A stretch of DNA of 64,000 nt, taken from positions 6,025 to 70,024 of the forward strand of contig CAZIXA010000009.1 of the NCBI GenBank assembly GCA_964543295.1. The letters are read 5' to 3'. Position 1 is the first letter of the stretch; every line of letters starts with the position of its first letter. Source of the stretch: an uncultured Clostridia bacterium. GTDB taxonomy: Bacteria > Aerophobota > Aerophobia > Aerophobales > AE-B3A. The notes beneath the pieces were generated by a model. It did not search any database and was not told the DNA's origin. It was given only the letters and a program-made list of their open reading frames with translations. Below, one piece after another: positions 10,368-20,386 of this stretch. A program made the position numbers and the translations under genes.

Positions 10368-11096
10368 TCACATCAGGCCTCGGTCTTTCAGGCTAATATA
10401 CTTTTTACCACCAATGATGATGTGGTCGAGTAGGTCGATAGCCAAGGTCTTTCCCACCTCTTGCATCTGTCTGGTTACCTTTAGATCCTCATCACTGGGA
10501 TTGGGATCGCCGGAAGGATGATTGTGAGCGATGATTAAGCCGGCGGCTAGATACTCTATGGCTGGTTGGAATACCTCCCGTGGATGGACTAAATTAGCAG
10601 TGAGGGTACCAATGGAGATAATCTCATCATGGATAATTTTATTTCTTGTATTAAGATATAATCCACGAAACTGTTCCTTTTTCAGTTTTCTCATATCCTC
10701 CAGGTACCGATAGACATCCTCAGGGTTCCTGATGGTGGGCATCTTGCCTGGCTCTTCCTGAAAGAACCTTCTGCCCAGCTCAAAACAGGCCACTACCTGA
10801 CAGGCTTTAACGGGAGGAATGCCTAGAGTTTCGATTAGACGTGCCACATTCTTTTCCTGGGTTATCGCTTTAGAGCCATATTCCTTGATTATACGATGGG
10901 ATAACTCCAGTACAGTCTCTCCTCTATACCCTGTGTTTAAGATAATCGCCGTAAGTTCCGGGGTCTTCAGGACATCGGGGCCGTATTTTATCAGCTTTTC
11001 CCTGGGTCTTTGACAAGCCGGGAGCTCTTTCAACTTGACCCGATAACGATCTGAGCTTCTCATCTGCAGTTCCTTAATATAACTATTCAGCCGCAC
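10368..11096 (-). CDS. radC: RadC (JAB domain) protein
   Basis: RPREKL, VHPREVF, HNHPSGDPNPS..D, LLDHIII. Confidence 0.95.
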   Translation of the reverse strand: MRLNSYIKELQMRSSDRYRVKLKELPACQRPREKLIKYGPDVLKTPELTAIILNTGYRGETVLELSHRIIKEYGSKAITQEKNVARLIETLGIPPVKACQVVACFELGRRFFQEEPGKMPTIRNPEDVYRYLEDMRKLKKEQFRGLYLNTRNKIIHDEIISIGTLTANLVHPREVFQPAIEYLAAGLIIAHNHPSGDPNPSDEDLKVTRQMQEVGKTLAIDLLDHIIIGGKKYISLKDRGLM

Positions 11097-11186
11097 ATTT
11101 ACGCTGATATTTTTCTTTTATGTGTTTAAACCTCTCTTTGTGAATCTGTAGCTAAATAATCACGTCCCCTTTTTACCTTTTTTCCC

Positions 11187-14100
11187 TTAGTCCTCACTTA
11201 GCCAAAGCGACTTCGATCCTAAAAGATCTTCTACCTCGGAGATTAGGGAATCGGTGAAGCCCACCTTTATCGACCTTGACCTGATGATTGTTTCCTCCCC
11301 ACCTTTATTGCTGAAATGAAGGTAAATGTTATGTTTCCCCTTATAAGAACAAAGAATCTCCTTTAATCTAACAAGTTTTTCCTTCTCCAACCTATCTTCC
11401 TTTAGGTTAATATGGAGGTTGTGAGTAACATCCTTAATCCTGGAGAAGGGAAGTACCTCCTGGGCGATCACCTTGGGGGGTGTACTGGCAGTATCTAGTT
11501 TACCCTTAACCAGAACAAGACCTCCCTCTTTGATGTAAGAGGCATATTCTTCATAGAGACTGGAAAACACAACTATCTCTATCTCAGATTCTAAATCCTC
11601 CAGGGTAAAGAAAGCCATTCTCTTCCCTTTTCGGTCCTTTTTCTGGATAATGGTAGTTATAACCCCCATAATCCTTATCTTCTCTCTATCCCTCATCCCG
11701 GATAGATCATAAATGGAGTTAGCTAGATAATGGGTAATTTTTTTTTGATATTTCTCCAGAGGATGCCCACTTACATAGATACCCAGAAGTTCTTTTTCCC
11801 AGGCCAATCTCCTTGACTGGGGAGCCTCCTCTATCTCAGGAAATCTCTCCTTAGCTATTGACTCTCCTCTTTTCTCCAGCGTCCCAAAGAATGACAACTG
11901 CCCTCTTCCCCTATCGGCCTGAACCCGTGAGGCCTCCTCTGTTGCTTCATTAATTGCGGCCAGATTCTGAGACCGGTTGCCGACCAGAGAATCAAAGGCT
12001 CCACACTTGACCAAACTCTCTATTACCCGCTTATTCACTGTCCTAAGATCCACTCTGGTGCAAAAGTCAAAAACGGAACTGAACTCACCCTCCTTCTCCC
12101 TCACTTTAAGAACGGATGAAATAGCTGCCTCTCCTACATTTTTTACCGCCGTAAGTCCAAAACGTATCTTATCGCCGGCTACCGTAAATTTGGTTAGCGA
12201 TTGATTTATATCCGGCGGAAGCACTTCTATTCCCATTCTCCTGCATTCATTAATATAGAGGACGAGTTTATCTGTATTTTCCCTCTCCGAGGTAAGCAGA
12301 GCAGCCATAAACTCAAGTGGATAGTTAGCCTTAAGATAGGCCGTCTGATAAGAGATAAGAGCATAACCGGCAGAATGCGACTTGTTAAAGCCGTACCCGG
12401 CAAAATGAGCCATTAGTTCAAAAATTCGTTTAGCCACCACCGAATCAAGTCCTTTTTCTTTTGCTCCTTCTATGAATTTATCCCTCTGTTCATCCATTAA
12501 TCTTGGGATCTTTTTCCCCATGGCTCTTCTTAAGATATCAGCTCTCCCCAGACTAAAACCAGCCAGTACATTGGCGATTCGCATTACTTGCTCCTGGTAA
12601 AGAATAACGCCGTAAGTTTCCTCCAGAATTGGCTTAAGCTCAGGATGTAGGTACTGAACCTTACTTTGACCATGCTTTCTCTTAATGAAATCGTCCATCA
12701 TTCGGCTGTGCAGGGGTCCGGGCCTATATAGGGCAAGAACGGCAATGAGATCCTCAAATTTTTCCGGACAGAGTTTCTTGAGTAAATCTTGCATTCCTCT
12801 ACTTTCTAACTGAAAGACTCCCAGTGTTTCTCCTGCCGAAAGGAGCCGGTAGGTTTTCTCGCCCTCAAGAGAAATTCGATCTAGATCAATCTCTTCCCCT
12901 TTCTGCTGCTTGATTATCACTAGAGTGTCCTGGATCGCGTTTAAGGTCTTGAGACCAAGAAAGTCAATCTTAAGTAGGCCAATGGCTTCCAGAGAATGCA
13001 TCTCATACTGTGTAGTCATCTCATTCTTGGGAGTTCGATATAAGGGCGTGTAGTGGGTGAGTTTATCCGGTGCTATTACTACCCCGGCAGCATGGGTAGA
13101 GGCATGACGGGTTAAGCCCTCTATACTCTGGGCTATCTCGAAAAGATTTTTTATATCTGGATCTTCTTTGATAAGCTCCTTTAACTCTGTACTTTCCTCT
13201 ATGGCTGTTTTTAGCGACCTATTAAAGGAAATAAGTTTAGCAATCCGATCCACCTTGCTGTAGGGAATGCCTAAGACTCTTCCCACATCTCTTACGGCTC
13301 CCCTAGCTGCCATAGTTCCAAAGGTGATAATCTGAGCTACATTTTCTTTCCCATATTTTCTCCTTACATAATTGATGACCTCACTCCTTCTCTCATCCTG
13401 GATATCTATGTCAATATCAGGCATGGCAGTCCTTTCTGGATTCAAGAACCGCTCAAAGAGGAGCCCATAAGCAAGGGGGTTAATGTTGGTTATTCCCAGA
13501 AGATAGGCAACCAGGCTTCCGGTTACCGAGCCTCTGCCCGGACCCACTAAGATTTGCTTCTCCTTCGCATACCTGATAAAATCCCAGACGACAAGAAAGT
13601 AGCCGGCGTATCCCATCCGGCCAATTACGTTAAGCTCTACTTCCAATCTCTTGAGCACGGTAGAGGAAGCAGTAGCATACCGATTAGATACTCCTTCCTG
13701 GCAAAGTTTTTTCAAATATCCATTTAAATCATAGCCGGAAGGGATCTGGTAGTGAGGAAGATGTATTTTCCCTAGATCCAGTTTGAGATTACACTTTTCA
13801 GAGATGGCCTTGGTATTGGATATGGCCTCGGGAAGATCGGAGAAAACCTTCCCCATCTCCTCAGGAGAACGAAAGTAAAACTCCGAAGAAGCAAACTTCA
13901 GGCGATCAGTGTCCTTTAGAGTCTTGCCGGTTTGAATGCAAAGGAGGACATCCTGAGCTCTGGCATCTTTTCGGTAAAGATAATGCACATCATTGGTAGC
14001 CACGAGAGGGATGGAAAGCTCACGAGAGAGCTGGACTAGAGCCTGGTTGACCTCCTTTTGCTCTTCCAGACCTGTGTCTTGTACTTCCAGGTAGAAATCA

Positions 14101-14606
14101 TCCCTACAAAGGTCCTGATAGAAAAGACAAACCTGTCTTGCCTCATCAAACCTGTCCTTCTGAAGCAAAGAGGGAATCTCACCCTTCATGCAGCCAGAAA
14201 GAACTATCAATCCTTCTTTCTTACGGGAAAGGATCTCTTTATCAAGGCGAGGATGGTAATAAAAACCTTCCAAAAAGCCAATTGTTACCAATTCCATGAG
14301 ATTATGATAGCCTTTTTTATCCTTAGCCAGCAGAGTTAAGTGATAGGAGATAGTCTCTCCCTTTACTCTCTTTTTTTTGAATCGGGACCCGGGAGCCAAG
14401 TAGATCTCGCAGCCCAGGATAGGCTTTATTCCTCTTTTGCTGGCAATTTGATAGAACTCTACCGCTCCAAATAGGTTGCCGTGATCGGTCAGAGCTAAGG
14501 CAGGCATATCAAATTTATAGGCCTGATTAACTAACTGAGAAATGGAAGAAGCTCCATCCAGAAGACTATACTCACTGTGGGTGTGAAGGTGGGTAAATTC
14601 ACTCAT
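11187..14606 (-). CDS. dnaE: DNA polymerase III alpha subunit
   Basis: FTHLHTHSEYSLLDG PHP start, GPGRGS, PDIDID, GYGFNKSH; start moved to ATG at 14606. Confidence 0.98.
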   Translation of the reverse strand: MSEFTHLHTHSEYSLLDGASSISQLVNQAYKFDMPALALTDHGNLFGAVEFYQIASKRGIKPILGCEIYLAPGSRFKKKRVKGETISYHLTLLAKDKKGYHNLMELVTIGFLEGFYYHPRLDKEILSRKKEGLIVLSGCMKGEIPSLLQKDRFDEARQVCLFYQDLCRDDFYLEVQDTGLEEQKEVNQALVQLSRELSIPLVATNDVHYLYRKDARAQDVLLCIQTGKTLKDTDRLKFASSEFYFRSPEEMGKVFSDLPEAISNTKAISEKCNLKLDLGKIHLPHYQIPSGYDLNGYLKKLCQEGVSNRYATASSTVLKRLEVELNVIGRMGYAGYFLVVWDFIRYAKEKQILVGPGRGSVTGSLVAYLLGITNINPLAYGLLFERFLNPERTAMPDIDIDIQDERRSEVINYVRRKYGKENVAQIITFGTMAARGAVRDVGRVLGIPYSKVDRIAKLISFNRSLKTAIEESTELKELIKEDPDIKNLFEIAQSIEGLTRHASTHAAGVVIAPDKLTHYTPLYRTPKNEMTTQYEMHSLEAIGLLKIDFLGLKTLNAIQDTLVIIKQQKGEEIDLDRISLEGEKTYRLLSAGETLGVFQLESRGMQDLLKKLCPEKFEDLIAVLALYRPGPLHSRMMDDFIKRKHGQSKVQYLHPELKPILEETYGVILYQEQVMRIANVLAGFSLGRADILRRAMGKKIPRLMDEQRDKFIEGAKEKGLDSVVAKRIFELMAHFAGYGFNKSHSAGYALISYQTAYLKANYPLEFMAALLTSERENTDKLVLYINECRRMGIEVLPPDINQSLTKFTVAGDKIRFGLTAVKNVGEAAISSVLKVREKEGEFSSVFDFCTRVDLRTVNKRVIESLVKCGAFDSLVGNRSQNLAAINEATEEASRVQADRGRGQLSFFGTLEKRGESIAKERFPEIEEAPQSRRLAWEKELLGIYVSGHPLEKYQKKITHYLANSIYDLSGMRDREKIRIMGVITTIIQKKDRKGKRMAFFTLEDLESEIEIVVFSSLYEEYASYIKEGGLVLVKGKLDTASTPPKVIAQEVLPFSRIKDVTHNLHINLKEDRLEKEKLVRLKEILCSYKGKHNIYLHFSNKGGEETIIRSRSIKVGFTDSLISEVEDLLGSKSLWLSED

Positions 14607-14623
14607 ACTTAATCCTTTATTGT

Positions 14624-14681
14624 ATCTTACAAGATATTCAGTCCCTGTCAATTTGACAAAAAAAATGGCATAGTATAATAT
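14624..14681. promoter_or_regulatory. back-to-back divergent sigma70 promoters (dnaE / TPR gene)
   Basis: TGTCAATTTGACA gives TTGACA on both strands, with TAAGAT (minus, 16-bp spacer) and TAATAT (plus, 17-bp spacer). Confidence 0.55.
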
Positions 14682-14710
14682 ATTTAAAACTCTAGAGAGG
14701 GAAATAATAA

Positions 14711-17470
14711 ATGAAGAAAATATGGATGGTAGGATTGGGGATTTTTCTGTTCAGTTTTTTTCTTCTTCCTCAGGTCTGGGGGGAAGAACAGGCTTATAAG
14801 GAATTTATATTTGCTCAGGGTCTATATGAAGATGGCAAATTCGGTTTAGCAGCCGTTCAATTCCAAAAGTTCATCGAAGATTTTCCAGAAAATAGAAATT
14901 GTGATAGAGCCCAATACTTACTGGGAGCATGTTTCTGGAATCAGGAAAAATATGAGGAAGCCATCTCTGCTTTTGACAGGCTTCTTCAAAAATATCCCGA
15001 AAGCGACTGGGTCGATGATAGCCTTTATCAAGTGGGGGAAAACTATTATCGCCTGAGAAATTATGCAGAGGCTATCCCTTATTATGAGACGTTAATTGAA
15101 AACTACCCTCAAAGTAATCTTGTTGCCCCTTCCCTTTATTCATTGGGATACGTCTATGTTGAGCAAAAAAACTATGAGGGGAGTCTGCGAGTCTTCAAGA
15201 AACTGCGAGATGAGTTTCCTGAATTTAAGCAGATCTCTGAAGTTCACTACATCATTGCCAAGATCCTCTATGATAACAAAAGATATCCCGAGGCTATTAA
15301 TGAATACTCTACTTTCATCCGTGCTTTCCCAACTTCAAAATATCGATCTAACGTCTATCTGGAAAGGGGATGGGCTTATTTCGAAGAGGGAAATTACGAT
15401 AAAGCTAGGGATGACTTTGCTGCAGTAGGAGCCTTTTTCTGGCTGGGAGAGTCTCTCTATAATCTGGGTCAATTTAGAGAGGCAAGGAAGGCTTATGAGA
15501 AAGCCTTAGAAAAGCCCGAGCCAAGCTGGAAACCACAGGCCTATTATGGCGTTGCTTATACTTATTTTAAGGAAAAAAATTATCCCCAGGCGGCCGATGC
15601 TTTTGAAAAATACATCGCTGCCTTCCCAGATTCACCTAATCTTGCCGAATCCTGGACTCGTCTGGGAGATTGCCTCTATTTCCAGAACAAGTTTTCCTCT
15701 GCTAGAGAAAGTTACTTGACGGTAGTAACCAATTATCCGCAAAGTGAATTTGTTCCGGATTCTCTTTATGGAATTGCTTATACTTATCTCGATGAGAAAA
15801 CATATGAGGAGGCGGAAAATTATTTAAGTCAGCTAATTAAAAAATTCCCTAACTTTGAAAATATTCCAGATGCAACTTTCTGGTTGGGAGAATCTTTCCT
15901 TAACCTTTCCCAATATGGAAAAGCACTTGAAGCATTCCAGAAGGTCATCATTGATTATCCTGATGATCCACTAGCCGCACGTTCTCAATACGAGAGTGGG
16001 TGGTGTTATTTAAAACAAAACCGGTTTGAGGTTGCCACCACTGAATTTGACAAGGTCATCCAGAATTACCCTCAGTCTGAGTGGGTCGATAATGCCCTCC
16101 TGATGATGGGAAGTAGCCTTTTTAATTTGAAGAAGTTTAGAGAGGCTATTCAGACCTACTCAAAGATAGAGAAAAATTACCCAACTTCAAATCTCGTTCC
16201 CACCTCAATTTATCAAATCGCCGCCTCTCATTTCAATCTCGGTGAGTATGATGAGGCAAGACAACGGTATCAACGATTTCTAACCCTTTATCCTGAGGAC
16301 AGAGATGCCCCTAATGCTCAATTGTTCATTGGCTGGACCTACTTTAAACAAATTGAATGGGAGCAAGCCAAAGAAGCGCTCCAAAAAGTAATTCTCAATT
16401 ACCCCCAGGAAGAACAGCTTCATCCAGATGCCTATTCTCTTATAGGAGAGTGCAATTATAATCAGGAAAAATATGAAGAAGCTTTAAACACCTTCGAAAC
16501 CTTGATCGAGAAATATCCAAACAGCAATTTTATTCCTCACGCCTGGCTTAGAATAGGGGAATGTTATGAGCAGATAAATCAAGTAGAGAAGTCCTTGGAA
16601 GTCTTCCGTAAAGTGATAAGAGACTATCCTAATTTTGAGAGAGCTGATTATGCCCAGTGGAAGATAGCCATTCATTTTCTGGGAAAAGAAAAGTGGCAGG
16701 AAGCTGTTTCAGAAATGGAAAAGCTTATTAATAATTTCCCTGAGAGTTCCTATCTTTCCCAGGCCTATTACCGGACCGGTTGGAGTCTTTACAGATTAGA
16801 TAAATTTCCCCAGGCCGCCTCATATTATTCTCAATTTGTTAAGTTATTTCCCCAAGATCCCTTACGAGGAGAAGTTTTTTACCAATTGGGAGAATCTTTA
16901 TTAAAACAGAAAAAATTTAGAGAGGCTGTCGACTTTTATAGCCAGGCTCTCCAGGTGACCAAAGAGAAAGAGATCATCCTTAACTCCCTTTATGAAAGTG
17001 CCCTCTGCTGGGAAAATCTGGGTAATTGGGAAAAGCAAGGAGAAATTCTGGAAAAATTTATCGAACGATTTCCCGAACATGATTTGGCTTCTCTGGCTCA
17101 CCTAAAACTCGCTAATTCCCTTTTCAATAGGGGAAAAATTGCCCAGGCACGAGAGCACTACTCTTACGTGGTCAAAACTACCGAAGAAAGTCAATTGGCA
17201 GTAGAGGCCCAGTTTAGAATGGGAGATTGCTGGTTTAATGAGAAAAAATTCGATAAAGCTATAGTGGAATACCTCAGAGTTCCCATTCTTTATCCCCAGT
17301 TTGAGGAATGGGGAATTAAGGCTCAATTCCGTGTGGGACGTTGTTACGAAGCCTTGGGCAAGTTCGAGGAGGCGAAAAAAACTTACCAAAAGATCCTGCA
17401 AGTGGAGTCTCTTAAGGAAGAATACCGAAATGATGCCCAAGAAAGGCTAAGGCAACTGGAAGGTAGATAA
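14711..17470 (+). CDS. exported multi-TPR protein (BamD/CpoB-like repeats)
   Basis: N-terminal signal peptide; about 20 tandem TPRs with YP.S... linkers. Confidence 0.9.
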   Translation: MKKIWMVGLGIFLFSFFLLPQVWGEEQAYKEFIFAQGLYEDGKFGLAAVQFQKFIEDFPENRNCDRAQYLLGACFWNQEKYEEAISAFDRLLQKYPESDWVDDSLYQVGENYYRLRNYAEAIPYYETLIENYPQSNLVAPSLYSLGYVYVEQKNYEGSLRVFKKLRDEFPEFKQISEVHYIIAKILYDNKRYPEAINEYSTFIRAFPTSKYRSNVYLERGWAYFEEGNYDKARDDFAAVGAFFWLGESLYNLGQFREARKAYEKALEKPEPSWKPQAYYGVAYTYFKEKNYPQAADAFEKYIAAFPDSPNLAESWTRLGDCLYFQNKFSSARESYLTVVTNYPQSEFVPDSLYGIAYTYLDEKTYEEAENYLSQLIKKFPNFENIPDATFWLGESFLNLSQYGKALEAFQKVIIDYPDDPLAARSQYESGWCYLKQNRFEVATTEFDKVIQNYPQSEWVDNALLMMGSSLFNLKKFREAIQTYSKIEKNYPTSNLVPTSIYQIAASHFNLGEYDEARQRYQRFLTLYPEDRDAPNAQLFIGWTYFKQIEWEQAKEALQKVILNYPQEEQLHPDAYSLIGECNYNQEKYEEALNTFETLIEKYPNSNFIPHAWLRIGECYEQINQVEKSLEVFRKVIRDYPNFERADYAQWKIAIHFLGKEKWQEAVSEMEKLINNFPESSYLSQAYYRTGWSLYRLDKFPQAASYYSQFVKLFPQDPLRGEVFYQLGESLLKQKKFREAVDFYSQALQVTKEKEIILNSLYESALCWENLGNWEKQGEILEKFIERFPEHDLASLAHLKLANSLFNRGKIAQAREHYSYVVKTTEESQLAVEAQFRMGDCWFNEKKFDKAIVEYLRVPILYPQFEEWGIKAQFRVGRCYEALGKFEEAKKTYQKILQVESLKEEYRNDAQERLRQLEGR

Positions 17471-17480
17471 GGAGAAAAAA

Positions 17481-19322
17481 ATGATAAAAACAATATTGCT
17501 GTTTGCATTGACCTACTTAATTCTCTTTTCGAACCCTCTTCAGGCACAAGAGCCACCATTGAAAGAGGAGCCACTTCCCACGAAGCTCCCTACTGTCATA
17601 GTTAAGGGAACGGATAGGTCTTATTTGGAGATAATAAGGGCGAAGGCTCTTCCCCTCATGGAGTATCGGGGAAAAAAGGAACTAGCCCCCCCCTCCATCC
17701 AGATCCCTTGGGGTAAAAAGGTCTATTATCATCCGCTTTCTTTTCCCGGTTTAGAAAGATTAGAAAGAAAAGAAAGAAAAGTCATGGAAGGAGCCCCCCT
17801 AGCTCCTTTAAAGCCAGGAAAGAAAATCAGTCCAGTTGCTCTTGTCCTCCCTGAGCCTGTCTCACCATTTGCCAGATATATACCTGCTAGCAGGTATATA
17901 TCTGCTAGATATACCAGAATAGAGGCTCTTCCCCTCATGGAGTATCGGGGAAAAAAGGAACTAGCCCCACCCTCCATCCAGATCCCCAGGGATAAAAGGG
18001 TCTATTATCCCAGTCTAAGGAAAGAGTCACCTCTTCCTTACCTTAATCTTTTTGTGTCTTTGGCTCCCCATGACAGCTTCTCATACCAACTAGATTATGG
18101 AAGGCAAAAGGAAAGATTTACCGGCTATCTCAGTGCAGGAAGCGTTTCCACTCCACATTGGGTGAAATACGAGCCAGAAGAAGAGCTTTATTTAGGAAAA
18201 TACGAAGAAGCTATCGCCTCAGAGCTTAGCTGGGGTTCTCTGACAAATAGAACGCTGGTACTTAATTTAGAAAGAGAGGCGAAAAAGATTGATCTTCCCA
18301 ATGAGGATGAAAGAAATAAGAACGAAATTGAAATAGGAGCAAACCGAAGGCAAGAGTGGAAAACGAGCATTTTTACCATTGACGGCTGGGCTAACAGGTC
18401 AGTGGTAAAGGATCCAGAAGTTGACCAGGAAGATATAGCTCTGGGAACCGGATTAAAGCTGCGACTAAAGAAGATCCCCTTAGATATTGGAGTTAGTGTA
18501 GATCATAGTTCCTTCAGCGAGAAAACTCAGACTTACCTTTGGCTAGAGAATGATGCTATTACTTTTAAACGAATAAAGGAGCTAACTCTCGGTTTAGGGG
18601 GAGGAATGAAGGCAATAACAGAATCAGGCTCTCAATTTTTGCCCTCTCTTAAGCTAACTTACCAGATAAATCCTAGGTTTCAGCTAGGCGTAAGCGGAAA
18701 AAGGCATTTTTACCTTGCTCGATTTTCGGATTTATATTTTCTCCAGGATTATGTAGAAATAAATGAGGATCTTAATCCAGTAAAGATCTGGCACTATGAA
18801 ATTAAGATGGAGTATAAACTCTCCTCTCTGGCAAACCTTTCCCTGGTGGGATTTTACAAAGAGGGCGAAGATACCATTTGGAATTGGAACACTATCAGTT
18901 CCCTGGCCAGACCGGAAACTCGTGAGATGAATGTTTCAGGGGGACGTCTAAATTTTTTACTTCACTTCGGTGAAGCATTTGAACAGGGAATCTCTTACAC
19001 CTTTCAAAAAGCAGAAAATGCCCAAGATGAGACTAAGGTAATTCCCTACTACCCTCAGAATGAGGGAGATCTTTGGCTCATAGGGAGAACAAACGGTTGG
19101 GAAATTGAATTAGGAGCAAAATACATAGGCAAAAGATACTACGAGGAAACAAGCGAGGAGAAGCTTGATAGCGGCTGGATAGAAAGATTCAAAATCTCCA
19201 AAAAGATGGGCAAAGCCATAGAGTTGTTTGCTCAGTTGGAATTAAATGATTATGATCTCTGGAAGAATTACCCTCTAGAGAGGGAAAAAATTTCTCTCGG
19301 ACTTAAGGCCAAACTTTATTGA
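17481..19322 (+). CDS. putative outer-membrane beta-barrel (TonB-dependent receptor-like) protein
   Basis: Signal peptide, LPTVIVKG TonB-box-like segment, alternating beta-strand pattern, C-terminal LGLKAKLY. Confidence 0.6.
   Translation: MIKTILLFALTYLILFSNPLQAQEPPLKEEPLPTKLPTVIVKGTDRSYLEIIRAKALPLMEYRGKKELAPPSIQIPWGKKVYYHPLSFPGLERLERKERKVMEGAPLAPLKPGKKISPVALVLPEPVSPFARYIPASRYISARYTRIEALPLMEYRGKKELAPPSIQIPRDKRVYYPSLRKESPLPYLNLFVSLAPHDSFSYQLDYGRQKERFTGYLSAGSVSTPHWVKYEPEEELYLGKYEEAIASELSWGSLTNRTLVLNLEREAKKIDLPNEDERNKNEIEIGANRRQEWKTSIFTIDGWANRSVVKDPEVDQEDIALGTGLKLRLKKIPLDIGVSVDHSSFSEKTQTYLWLENDAITFKRIKELTLGLGGGMKAITESGSQFLPSLKLTYQINPRFQLGVSGKRHFYLARFSDLYFLQDYVEINEDLNPVKIWHYEIKMEYKLSSLANLSLVGFYKEGEDTIWNWNTISSLARPETREMNVSGGRLNFLLHFGEAFEQGISYTFQKAENAQDETKVIPYYPQNEGDLWLIGRTNGWEIELGAKYIGKRYYEETSEEKLDSGWIERFKISKKMGKAIELFAQLELNDYDLWKNYPLEREKISLGLKAKLY
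17644..18009 (+). repeat. 87-bp intragenic direct repeat flanking a 32-bp perfect palindrome
   Basis: Copies at 17644-17730 and 17923-18009 (5 mismatches); palindrome at 17873-17904. Confidence 0.9.
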
Positions 19323-19351
19323 CCCGGCAAATAGCCTGCTAATCAACTTCT

Positions 19352-20125
19352 TTAGTCAGCCGATTCTACATTAGTGAGAGAAGCAATCAAAGTCCCTAGA
19401 GATGTTTCTGCTTGAAACTCAACCGGAAGGTATCTCTCATCATCAGAAATCCATAGTTTTACTTCCGTCTCATCGGAGGAGGCTACTTCCGAACATAAAA
19501 AAGCCGTATAATCTCCGCGGTAGGTTGTCACTTTTTCCTTCTCAAGTACTTTTATCTCCACCTTTCTTAGATTACGACCTTCAATCAAAGAAAGTGAAAA
19601 AGATTTTCCCACCCGTAAATCCTGAGCTCTAAGCCAGTAGATTAAGGAAACTGTATCCATAGCCGGAAGCGAAAACTCTCTCTTAAATTCTCCCTTCCAA
19701 TCCTTAATCAAAGCTATTCCCTTAGTCTGATCTAGCTGGACTTCCCGATCTTTAATACGGCCTCCCTCCTCAAAATGGAATCTTATTAGCCGAGGATAGA
19801 GGGTCTTAACATCTACAAAACTCTCTATTGTATAATCAAAATGATAAAGTAAAGAAAAAGGATCGACTATCCTCACCCTCCAAAAAAGAGGGTAAGCAGA
19901 CTCTCCATCTATGGAAACCACATCTTTTATTTCCAGGGTTTCCTCCCCCACGGGAAGACCAAAGATTTTCACCCTATAGGTTAATTTCTCTCCCGGTTTA
20001 AAGGGATGAATCTTTTCTCCTCTACCAGGAGTAACCAGAAGAAGAAAAAAATAAAAAATGAGGCCAATTCTTGCTAAACTTCTCCCCTTCATCTCGTCCC
20101 TTTGCTGGCAGATAAATCCTACCAC
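19352..20125 (-). CDS. DUF3108 exported protein
   Basis: Signal peptide, PGEKLTY, D.VSLIYWLR, LWISDDERYLPV. Confidence 0.75.
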   Translation of the reverse strand: MVGFICQQRDEMKGRSLARIGLIFYFFLLLVTPGRGEKIHPFKPGEKLTYRVKIFGLPVGEETLEIKDVVSIDGESAYPLFWRVRIVDPFSLLYHFDYTIESFVDVKTLYPRLIRFHFEEGGRIKDREVQLDQTKGIALIKDWKGEFKREFSLPAMDTVSLIYWLRAQDLRVGKSFSLSLIEGRNLRKVEIKVLEKEKVTTYRGDYTAFLCSEVASSDETEVKLWISDDERYLPVEFQAETSLGTLIASLTNVESAD

Positions 20126-20386
20126 GCAAGTTTCCGTGAATAGTTATAAATATAGCATATGAAGTCAGGTTGTCAAAATCTTATTCCGGTTTCCTGAAAA
20201 AGCTCAAGGAGAACCTTTTGGAAAACTAGAATTCATTACTAAATTGACATACTTTTATAGTCTATTATGATAGCCTATCAGGCTGCCAAGCTGAAAGCAA
20301 GAAATATCTCGGGACTCTTCCCCTCAATAGGCGTATAAATCTTCTAGTATTTTCCCGAGTAATCAAGAACAAGAAGGGAGAGGTCA

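Noticed and set aside
9975-10433. 152-aa plus-strand ORF and the many similar short antisense ORFs in the track
   Set aside because: They overlap well-supported genes on the opposite strand and show no recognisable motifs
17644-18009. DGR template/variable repeat pair
   Set aside because: Mismatches are not confined to adenines in either copy, both copies lie in one CDS, and no reverse transcriptase is present
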